A stretch of DNA of 64,000 nt from contig NC_091287.1 of assembly GCF_032444005.1 (NCBI RefSeq), positions 441,812,001-441,876,000 on the forward strand, read 5' to 3'. The translations under genes were made by a program, and so were the position numbers. This document shows, piece after piece, positions 35,433 to 46,464 of this stretch (position 1 is the first letter of the stretch; each line of letters opens with the position of its first letter). The notes under the pieces were generated by a model. That model did no database searches. It worked only from the letters and a program-made list of their open reading frames with translations, and was not told the DNA's origin. The DNA comes from Ranitomeya imitator. Lineage: Eukaryota.

Positions 35433-38400
35433 AATCACCAATATCTGTCCGATTAAACGGCCCATGACGGGCATTCTCAGTCCATTACTATTGGAAGCTT
35501 GATTCTCCTGCTGAATTATGCTTCCAGAATGGAATCAATTGGAGAATTCTTTGTGGATCAGTGCAAATTGCAAAATTCTCCAGAATGCAGACCCCCGTCA
35601 CCCTGAATAAAGACCCCAAAATACATTTCAGAGGGACCAACCGACCACCGAGAAGGGGAATCAGAGTTTGAACACCCGATCCATTGTTTTCAGGACAGAG
35701 CTGTCACTTCTGGTGTCTGGCAGCAGTTCTCTCCTCTCTACTGAAAACACACATCAGCCAGGAAATGGAGAGAAAGCAGTCAGCTGAAAGATCATTTGAC
35801 AGACAGTGATCTCTTGTGTATGACCTGCCTAAGGGTTCGCTCACATCTGCCTATATAAATGCAGCTGAGAAAAGTTGAAGAGTGTCATGCGTTTTTTTCT
35901 CACCTAGCATCCGTATGCAATGTGTTTTTAACATCAGCTTTTACGTTCAGTAATTCTCTATTATTTCAAGCTAGTTATCTAATTAAATTCAAACAATCTT
36001 AAGAACAGATATAGATATATACCAGTGAGATATAGAATTAATGCTTTGCCTGTGTAGTTTTCTGTACTTTTATTTAGCTAATAAATGAAAAAAATTGAGT
36101 GGGGCCCCCCTTAGCCAGCTAAGGGAAAGACGACAGCTTAGAGCTGCTCTTAATAGCCTGGGAAGGGGGCAATAAATATGGAGCTTCCCAGGCTATTAAT
36201 ATCAGCTCACAGGAGTCTGCTTATAGCCTTTAGGCTATGTGAGCATGTTGAGTAACCTCTTGGCAGCAAAAATGCTGCGGAAAATTCCACTGTTTTTAGT
36301 GCTTTTTTTTCCCTGTGCATTCAGTGTATCAAAAACGAAGGCAATAACGCACAAAGAATTGACATGCTGTGGATTTAAACGCACAGCAAATCCTGAAGGG
36401 AAAAATGCTGATCACTTGCACAGCACTTCAGGATTCCATAGCATTTTTGAGCCAATTTCACGAAGGAAAAAGACGCATCGTGTGCACACAGACTTAATGG
36501 TTATTAAAAAGGGAGAGCAAAAAAAAAAAAAAATGTGTTGCCCCCTCCTATTTTTAATAACCAGCAGAGGCTAAGCAAACAGCCGTAGGCTGATATTAAT
36601 AGGCTGGGAAAGGCCCATGGATATTGGCCCCCTTCTAGACTAAATAACACCAGCCCTCAGCTGCCCCAGAAATGGCTCATACATTAGCTGCGCCAATTCT
36701 GACACCTAGCCTCGGCTCTCCCCAATTGCCCTGGAGCATCAGTAATTGGGGTAATAGTTTTGGGGTTCATGGAGGCCATTTAATGTCCGCTGACATCAAG
36801 TCCAGGGGTTAGTAATGGAGAGGAGTCGATTAGACACACTCTTTACTAACCGCGTAGTCAAAAGCAATAAAACACACACAGAAAAGTCCTAATTGTAAAA
36901 AGCGCTCCCCGACCCTCTTTTACCCATTTATTACTTTAAAAAGAATAGAATAATCCAAGAGGTCCCACAACGATGCCAAACTCTGCTTCATCCAAATGCT
37001 GTGATGAGCGGTGACATCAGTAATGTGACGGCTCACCACGTCAGCCCAAACACAGTGACAGTAGCGTGTGAATCCGGGTGCTGTGACGAGCGCGCTGATG
37101 TCAGTAAGGTTATCGCAGTTCACAGCTGATGAACTGCGGTCACTTTACTGACGTCAGCAGCTCGAAGTGAGAAATAGAAAGTTAGTTACGGTAATTGAAT
37201 TTTTGAAGCATTTTTGGTGAATAAAACTTTCAACGAAAAATGATGACACAATTGACATGCTGCATATTTCGAAAACGCTGCAGTTGTCAAATTCAGGGAA
37301 AAAAAAAAAACATTGAGAATGTGATGCATGAGATTTCCGAAATCTCATAGCTTTTGCTTGCACTGTAAAAAGCAGTTTTAATTTGCTTAAAAAAAAAACA
37401 GTTAAAAAAATGTGAACATAGCCTTAGAAAGCAGGGCGGAGGAGGCGGAGGTTTGGCTTACTGACTCCACAGCCCTTTTAGAAAGCCCATGAAATTCCCA
37501 CAGTTCTGTACAGAAAAGCAGGTTTGGGTAGGGGCTCATACAGACACCCGGGAATCTTAGTCTGATCACAGACTGGCCAAGAAGACAGCTTCATAAGATT
37601 CTATGAGGCCGTCACGCTCGAGTCAGGAGGCCCATGGTCAGACCGTGCATCATCATCTGTGATCGGATGAAGATCCACCATTGTCTGCACAAGATCTAAT
37701 GCTACAGGGAAACTTTAGGTAAAAGTACCAGATCTCAGCTAAGTACGAGGATTTTTTTTTCTAGTCTTGGGTATTGGTGCCAAAATGGGCAGTGAAGTCC
37801 CGCTTATGTAACTCAGAGGAGGAATGTCCTATGTTCTTTTCCAGCCAGGATTCGGCTGACTCAGCTCTTGCACATGGCTGCGATGCTTTGTGATGCACTG
37901 AACCACACATCACTACATTACTGCCACATTACTGAGCCCAGCTTTCATTACCGGAGATTGGACAACCACTAATGCCGTCATGTAAACCTAGAAGGAATAC
38001 ACCGGAGTGATATGACATGGCCTTCTGCCATATGAAATAAAGCCATCACCAAACGCACAGATGTTAGAAAGGCAGCAGGAATCATTGCGGACCACATGGC
38101 CCAGAAGCGTCAAAAAATATTAATGCATAGGAGGTCGGCCCAAAAATGTAACGATGGCTAGCGATCGTCCTAGATGAAAAATATCATGCCCGTGGCAAGC
38201 TTTGGCCGAGGCGGCAAAGATTTGTCAGGCGACAGGCAGAGTTCAGTGACACAGAATCTAATTAGTGTAAATTTGGTAACGATATGTGATGTGACCAAAA
38301 TATGACGGTCACCAAAAATCCAAAGGATATTTGACTGCAAGTGACGAGCGCTGGGAACCGCATCCATCTGAACAACAGCGCCATGTCGGACCATCAGTCT

Positions 38401-39479
38401 GTGGAAAGGCGGCTGCGCGGAGGTCTCCATGGCTAATAGCAGAGAGGTTGAGAAGCCATCCTTGACGATGGTGGGATGGCTTTTGCGCTATTTTTGATCA
38501 AAAAGTTACTAAGAACCCAGAGATTTGAGGTGTGCGGCGATCGCACGGGAACGCTAAATTTTGTGTTCCCGTGCGGTCGCCGCACACCTCAAATTGCCGC
38601 ATGAGGACACATCCGCACACAACGCATGTCCCTGCGTACCCAATGTTAAACATAGGTACGCAGGGGAACGCAGGCGGCAGTAGGCAGAGCGTAGGCGAAG
38701 GAAGCACGCTGCCATCCGCAGCGCAAGTGTGAAACCAGCCTTAGACAGTAAAAAACTGACAGCACGCAGGTAATACAAAGATGGCTAATGTTCCCCCAAA
38801 GACACATTGCAACACTAGATGCACACAACCATGGCCACGTGAACAGCCCCATAGACTATAAAGGGCACGTGTTCTGTACGTGAAACGCTGACGTCTGAAT
38901 GAAGCTTAACAGGAAAATAAGTCAATGGGATCCATCAGCAGAAAGGTGCAGCTTTCCTGTGCAGATTAGAAGACGGCACGGTCAGAGGTCAGAGATGGAA
39001 ACTGATAACAAGTGGATAAAGGGTGAAGACCTTAACTACGGTGCAGACACGTGAACCATCATCGCTTATAAACTGCAATCACCTCGCCTTGTTAACGTGT
39101 AACTAGAAAGAATGTGATAGATATCAGGAAGGAGCGGGACTCTGCATCCGTCCATCCTCGGCCTGTCACCCCCAGTGTCCTCAGTCACTGCAACATCTGG
39201 ATCACAGCTTAGTGCTACCAGCTCCACCACATAGCAGGGAGGAGGGTCTGCATCCCCCATAACCCCTCCTCCGCAATCTCCATAGACCCTCTTACAAAGT
39301 GACACGTGAGCAAGACTGGAGAGCCACATGGAAAGGATTTTCTCTCCACCTGGAGACACAGCAGTTCATTCATTCTTCATTTCCTGACATCTTATGAAGG
39401 CTGGTCATAGTGCCTGCTTATTTTACACGTCTTGCATGCCTGGAAACAATTGAGCTACTGGGTCTGTTCCACTCAACGG

Positions 39480-39870
39480 GAGGACCTCAGGAGGCCGACC
39501 CAGCGGCCAGACCCGGAGGACCGCAGGAGGCCGACCCAGCGGCCAGACCCGGAGGACCGCAGGAGGCCGACCCAGCGGCCAGACCCGGAGGATCGCAGGA
39601 GGCCGACCCGGAGGATCGCAGGAGGCCGACCCAGCGGATCGCAGGAGGCCGACCCAGCGGATCGCAGGAGGCCGACCCAGCGGCCAGACCCGGAGGACCG
39701 CAGGAGGCCGACCCAGCGGCCAGACCTGAAGGACCGCAGAAGGCTGGCTCAGCGGCCAGACCCGGAGGATTGCAGGAGGCCGACTCAGCAGCCAGACCCG
39801 GAGGATTGCAGGAGGCCGACCCAGCGGCCAGACCCGGAGAACCGCAGGAGGCCGACTCAGCGGCCAGAGC
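39480..39870. repeat. 36-bp GC-rich minisatellite
   Basis: About 11 full or partial copies of ggaggaccgcaggaggccgacccagcggccagaccc. Confidence 0.9.
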
Positions 39871-40714
39871 TTCCAAAGCGATCAATAAAAAAAGAAAAAC
39901 CAAGACACCAAGATTTAGGAGTCAGATGCCAATGTCTATTCACAGTGACTGCTGGGAGTTGTCCTGCAATCATTAATCTGAGATCACTGTTCTGCAAATT
40001 CCTGATGTCCTTTCACTTAGTAACAACGATCACCGCCCCAAAGGCAGCTCAGCTAGAAATGTTGTAGTCAGGACCGGCTGAACTCAGCTTCTTGTGACAT
40101 CAAAAAAGGTGCAGAAGAAAGTCACAACTCACTGAAAGCCCCGACAGTCAGGGGTATGACTGTAGAGGATGCAGGGATAGTCACATCTGAGCCTAAAAAA
40201 GTCCCATATGAGAAGACCAACACTATTTAAGACCCATGATATCAGAGGTTGGACATTTTGCATTGTGGACCACGAGCTTCAAGTTACACCTCTGATGGCA
40301 AGGGTGTAGTTATAGTAGGTAGGTACAGGGGGGTGGGGGGGTTGAGGTGACATGTGGGTCCTGAAGCAGAAAAGGTCCCATATGAGAAGAAGATCAATAC
40401 TATTAAAGACCTATGATACCTGCAGTTGAAAATCTAGCATGAGATTGGTTCACAGAGCAAAAATTAGACTGATCCCCACCTACTGACAAAAACCAACAAC
40501 AGTGGCACAAGCACCAGGAATCTGAGGTGGGGTTAGGGGCGGCATCTATCGGAGCTCACAGATAGCAGAAAAATGCCATCTTGTGACTCCCAGGTGGGCC
40601 CTCACCCTCTGGGCCCTATAGCAGCTGCTACAGTTACACCAGTGACATTTACAATGCGACTCATTCATTTCCAACAGGCAATCACAGAGGAGCATGCAAC
40701 CTAAGAAATTGTGG

Positions 40715-43305
40715 CGGGCGACCTGGGAACGGGTGAGCGATCTGGCACGCTGGCAACCTGGGAACGGTCCGAGAGATGTGGGTACGCGGGCGGCCTGGGA
40801 ACGGGCGAGAGATCTGGCACGCGGGCAGCCTGGGAACGGGCGAGAGATCTGGCACGCGGGCGGCTTGGGAACGAGCGAGAGATCTGGCACGCGGGCGGCT
40901 TGGGAACGAGCGAGAGATCTGGCACGCGGGCGGCTTGGGAACGGGCGAGAGATCTGGCACGCGGGCGACCTGGGAACGGGCGAGAGATCTGGCACGCAGG
41001 CGGCCTGGGGACGGGCGAGAGATCTGGCACGCGGGTGACCTGGGGACGGGCGAGAGATCTGGCACGCGGGTGACCTGGGGACGGGCGAGAGATCTGGCAC
41101 GCGGGCGACCTGGGAACGGGCGAGAGATCTGGCACGCAGGCGGCCTGGGGACGGGCGAGAGATCTGGCACGCGGGTGACCTGGGGACGGGCGAGAGATCT
41201 GGCACGCGGGCGACCTGGGGACGGGCAAGAGATCTGGCACGAGATCTGGCACGCGGGTGACCTGGGAACGGGCGAGAGATCTGGCACGCGGGCGGCTTGG
41301 GAACGAGCGAGAGATCTGGCACGCGGGCGGCTTGGGAACGAGCGAGAGATCTGGCACGCGGGCGGCTTGGGAACGAGCGAGAGATCTGGCACGCGGGCGG
41401 CTTGGGAACGGGCGAGAGATCTGGCACGCAGGCGACCTGGGAACGGGCGAGAGATCTGGCACGCGGGCGACCTGGGAACGGGCGAGAGATCTGGCACGCA
41501 GGCGGCCTGGGGACGGGCGAGAGATCTGGCACGCGGGCGACCTGGGGACGGGCGAGAGATCTGGCACGCGGGCGACCTGGGGACGGGCAAGAGATCTGGC
41601 ACGAGATCTGGCACGCGGGTGACCTGGGAACGGGCGAGAGATCTGGCACGCGGGCGACCTGGGAACAAGCGAGATATCTGGCACGCGGGCGACGGGCAAG
41701 AGATCTGGCACGCGGGCGACCTGGGGACGGGCGCGAGATCTGGCACGCGGGCGACCTGGGCACGGGCGAGAGATCTGGCACGCAGGCGACCTGGGCACGG
41801 GCGAGAGATCTGGCACGCGGGCGACCTGGGCACGGGCGAGAGATCTGGCACGCGGGCGAGAGATCTGGCACGCGGGCGACCTGGGCACGGGCGAGAGATC
41901 TGGCACGCGGGCGACCTGGGCACGGGCGAGAGATCTGGCACGCGGGCGACCTGGGCACGGGCGAGAGATCTGGCACGCGGGCGACCTGGGCACGGGCGAG
42001 AGATCTGGCACGCGGGCGACCTGGGCACGGGCGAGAGATCTGGCACGCGGGCGACCTGGGCACGGGCGAGAGATCTGGCACGCGGGCGACCTGGGCACGG
42101 GCGAGAGATCTGGCACGCGGGCGACCTGGGCACGGGCGAGAGATCTGGCACGCGGGCGACCTGGGCACGGGCGAGAGATCTGGCACGCGGGCGACCTGGG
42201 CACGGGCGAGAGATCTGGCACGCGGGCGACCTGGGCACGGGCGAGAGATCTGGCACGCGGGCGACCTGGGCACGGGCGAGAGATCTGGCACGCGGGCGAC
42301 CTGGGCACGGGCGAGAGATCTGGCACGCGGGCGACCTGGGCACGGGGGAGAGATCTGACATGCGGGCGACCTGGGCACGGGCGAGAGATCTGGCACGTGG
42401 GCGACAGATCTGGCATGCGGGCGACCTGGGCACGGGCGAGAGATCTGGCATGCGGGCGACCTGGGAACGGGGGAGAGATCTGGCATGCGGGCGACCTGGG
42501 CACGGGCGAGAGATCTGGCACGCGGGCGACCTGGGCACGGGGGAGAGATCTGGCATGCGGGCGACCTGGGAACAGGGGAGAGATCTGGCATGCGGGCGAC
42601 CTGGGCACGGGGGAGAGATCTGACATGCGGGCGACCTGGGCACGGGCGAGAGATCTGGCACGTGGGCGACAGATCTGGCATGCGGGCGACCTGGGCACGG
42701 GCGAGAGATCTGGCATGCGGGCGACCTGGGAACAGGGGAGAGATCTGGCATGCGGGCGACCTGGGCACGGGCGAGAGATCTGGCACGCGGGCGACCTGGG
42801 CACGGGGGAGAGATCTGACATGCGGGCGACCTGGGCACGGGCGAGAGATCTGACACACGGGCGACCTGGGCACGGGTGAGAGATCTGACATGCGGGCGAC
42901 CTGGGCACGGGTGAGAGATCTGACATGCGGGCGACCTGGGCACGGGCGAGAGATCTGGCACGTGGGCGACAGATCTGGCATGCGGGCGACCTGGGCACGG
43001 GCGAGAGATCTGGCATGCGGGCGACCTGGGAACAGGGGAGAGATCTGGCATGCGGGCGACCTGGGCACGGGCGAGAGATCTGGCATGCGGGCGACCTGGG
43101 CACGGGCGAGAGATCTGGCATGCGGGCGACCTGGGAACAGGGGAGAGATCTGGCACGCGGGCGACCTGGGCACGGGGGAGAGATCTGACATGCGGGCGAC
43201 CTGGGAACGGGGGAGAGATCTGACATGCGGGCGACCTGGGCACGGGTGAGAGATCTGACATGCGGGCGACCTGGGCACGGGTGAGAGATCTGGCATGCGG
43301 GCGAG
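40715..43305. repeat. 35-bp CpG-rich VNTR (~74 units) at the start of ASPH intron 1
   Basis: Unit gggcgacctgggcacgggcgagagatctggcacgc, with variant blocks. Confidence 0.97.
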
Positions 43306-43579
43306 CAGTCCCAGACATGACCCCACACTACAGGTTTATGGGGACGATAACCTATAACTGCTCCAAGATTGCACGGAGAAGCTGCTGCCATCGCCTGATA
43401 CCGAGGACACCGGCACCGCTCCGCCAGCATCACCCATGTGGCTCAGTCAGTGAGACGGGAGAACTACTCTTCCCATCATGCCCTGCTGCACACAACATCA
43501 TGGAGATTTTGCTGTTGCCAAAAATCAGAACATTCCACTGCCAGGTCAAAGTTCAGCCCCGAGCACTGGGAACACTGAC

Positions 43580-43613
43580 CTTTCCTCACTGGTTTGCTTC
43601 TCTTTGGAGCCAT
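43580..43613 (-). CDS. ASPH: Probable ASPH exon 1 coding part, MAPKRSKPVRK(D)
   Basis: aatcATGG is a strong Kozak context. AAAG|gtcagt donor after 34 nt is phase 1 and joins exon 2 in frame (G|AC = Asp). Basic MAP-K/R start resembles vertebrate ASPH N-termini; lies directly below the CpG promoter. Confidence 0.72.
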
Positions 43614-44200
43614 GATTGTTGTTGTGGGTATTAGAGGTAAATGGAAGAGCAGGAAATGAAAGAAAGCAGAAACCGCGTCGTCCCTCCGGGAAGTGATGAA
43701 GTGACAGTCACCGTCTTCCGTTCACCTGGACCGAGCCTGAGCCACGCTTTGTTACGTGACCACACACCTCCCCGTTCTCCGTTTCGCGAGACACGCCCAA
43801 TTTCGTGACTGGCAGCAGATGTGGGCCAATAGCAGTCACAAATAGGCGTGGTTTCATCCATGACCACGCCCCCGGGAAGAGACCATTCCCTTAGCCCTGA
43901 CCCCAATAAAGCACAATAGTGGGCGTGGCCTGCCCCGGAGCTGGGATTTCTCTTGCGTTCCAGGAGTATTGAACGTGGCAACATGGAAGCGGCGCAGTTC
44001 TCGCGAGGTTTCGGGAGTAAATCAGAGACGTTCGCGCCTCCGTGTCCACTGTCCACTGTGCAGTCAGTGCCAGTCACGGTGCGGGTTGTAGTGCGGAGTG
44101 ACCGGCGCAGCTCCCGTCTCCTCTCCGTGTCACAGGCTGAAACTGCCGTGTGCACGGGTGGGGATTGCACATCACAAGCCACATCAACAGATTTCCCAGA
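43614..44200 (-). promoter_or_regulatory. TATA-less CpG-island promoter and 5' UTR of ASPH
   Basis: CpG-dense unique sequence. CCAAT at 43797 and 43826; GC/KLF boxes at 43845, 43864 and 43921; one-mismatch TCTCGCGAGA motifs at 43782-43791 and 43999-44008; Ets-like cgggaagt near 43690. Confidence 0.75.
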
Positions 44201-44291
44201 ATATAACAAATAGTTGGGGATTTAGTTTGCGAAAATCGAGCAAAATGATGACCGAGCACCGCTGTAATGCAGGATTGGACCGTGCTGCTAT

Positions 44292-46060
44292 CGTGACGCC
44301 CGCCAGGGCCGTGGGGTACTTGGTACCGTGTCCAGTACTTAAAGGGAACCTGTCACCCCGATAATCCCGGGTGAGGTAAGCCCACCGGCATCAGGGGCTT
44401 ATCTACAGCATTCTGTAATGTTACCTGAAAGAGGAGAAAGAGACGTTCTATTATACTCACCCAGGGGCGGTCCCGCTGCGGTCTGGTCAGATGGGCGTCT
44501 CTGGTCCGCTGCGGCGCCTCCCATCTTCATTACAAGACGTCCTCTTCTGATCTTCAGCTCCGGCGCAGGCGTACTTTGCTCTGCCTTGTTGAGGGCACAA
44601 CAAAGTACTGCAGTGCGCAGGCGCCGGGCCTCTGACCTTTCCAGTTCCTGCGCACTGCAGTACTATCCTCTGCCCTCAAGAGGGCAGAGCAAAGTATGCC
44701 GCAGCCGTGGCTCGTCGTTACTCGGACGTGTCCGCTCTTCGCCAGTCGTTACACTGGCTGCCCATTCATTACAGGATACAATTCAAAGTACTTGTTCTCA
44801 CTCACAAAGCTCTCCACAGTGCGGCACCCCCTTACATCTCCTCCCTCATTTCTGTCTTATCAGCCTAACAGACCACTGCGCTCTGCAAATGACTTTCGAC
44901 TAACCTATGCACTAATCCGTACCTCCCGACTCCAAGACTTCTCCCATGCTGCGCCAATCCTCTGGAATGCTCTACCCCAAGAAATTAGGACCATTCACAA
45001 CTTGCATAGTTTTAGGCGCTCGCTCAAAACTCATTTGTTCAGAGCGGCCTATCACGTTCCCTAATCAGTCATTTTATGTTTGTGTGTGTGGCCCATTCAC
45101 TATCCCCATCTACCCCCCACCCCCTGAAGATGGCTGGACCATCATTGTAAATACATCACTGTAAATACACACCTGTACTTTGTTTCTCCCCCACCTCATT
45201 GTAGATTGTAAGCTCTCATGAGCAGGGTCGTCTTATTTCGCTTTATTACTGTATTGTTAACATTGTTACCTATGACTGTTGTGTTTGAAACTGTTAAACT
45301 GTAAAGCGCTGCGGAATATGTTGGCGCTATATAAATAAAGATTATTATTATCTGGAATCCCCCTAACCAGGTGGGGTTGGAAGCCTTCACTCTAGCGCTG
45401 AGTTGTAGTCCATTGCTGCCTTAGGCCTCACACAAAGTCCTCACGTTCTCCCTGTCCCCCTTTAGGTAGGACACTACATGTATGACAGGTAACTGGAGCC
45501 TTTTTACAGAATTTCTATCACAACCCAGGCTCTATCTGCTCCTGTGTCCTCGGGTGTTAGTGGTGGAAAGGTAACTTGCAATCAGCTGTCCCGCCCGTTT
45601 CTGCTGTGAGATGTAGAATACTGCACAACCTCGGTCTTCCAGCTATCGGTTTCATGCGCTAAGTACGGCGGCAGCTCAGTCGCAGCTAACCCCTAGCTCT
45701 TCACTTTGCCTGTGCTTCTCTCCTTCACGCTCTCTACAATCTGTTCTGCTTTCCTTTCTTTCCAAGAGCTGCAGAATCTCACGTGGCTGCATGGCCCTCA
45801 CTTTCCTCACAGGAGCTGCAGCTCTTCTCGTCTGCACGGCCCCTTTCCTTTCACAACACCAACTTTCCCTCCAGACCAGAATATATAAGGGAGCCTCCCA
45901 CAAACTGGATCAGAGCTCCCCCTTCTGGCCTGGAGTGTGAACGTGTTGTATGCTTGTGAATACCTGTTAAGAGGAATCCTTCATCGCTTCCAAGCGTGAC
46001 ATCACTCTCCCTGTGAGGAAAGCATCGCCACTGTGACAACCAGGAACCTGGGGTGTTACA
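44292..46060. mobile_element. Solo LTR interrupted by a T2 MITE arm (44339-44743) and an L2 3' end
   Basis: Ends (c)gtgacgcc...ggtgttaca; CTAT flanks at 44288-44291 and 46061-46064; ttaa|agggaacctgtca at 44339. Confidence 0.6.
44744..45350 (+). mobile_element. L2 LINE 3' fragment
   Basis: LHWLPI; FSHAAPILWNALP...SFRRSLKTHLF; 3' end gtaaagcgctgcggaatatgttggcgctatataaataaagattattatta. Confidence 0.85.
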
Positions 46061-46464
46061 CTATCGCCAAGCTCACACACCAGCCCCCTCTGCCTCATGT
46101 CCAAACCCAGCACTTCCCTCTGGTGAGCCAGACCTGGACAAGGTATTTTGGTGCCAAGCAAATGAGTGGGTGAGAGACTAAGGTAACTGGACCCTTAACG
46201 CCTTCCCCCAATGGGTCAGGTAACAAGCGCCGGCAACCACACTTACTGGTATTGTTACCTTTTTGACCCAAAAATATCAGCATAAGTAAAAAGTGATGTA
46301 CTCTGGTGTGAGGTGTAACATGGGGTGCAATATCAAAGTTGGATTTAGAATTGGCCTTTGTGGTCCATTACACGTTACAAGGGACAAATTGCTATATTCA
46401 TCCATGACATCCTATATTTTAAATGTCAGACCCAAGGACGATCATGGAAACTAATATAGCTTAA

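Noticed and set aside
40546-43433. ORFs of 878-926 aa on the minus strand and up to 615 aa on the plus strand
   Set aside because: They arise from a stop-free 35-bp tandem unit; all three frames give the same permuted peptide; no domain or splice support.
43953-44213. Plus-strand ORF suggesting a divergent gene (caacATGGAAGCG)
   Set aside because: No recognisable protein or downstream exons; fits promoter motif content.
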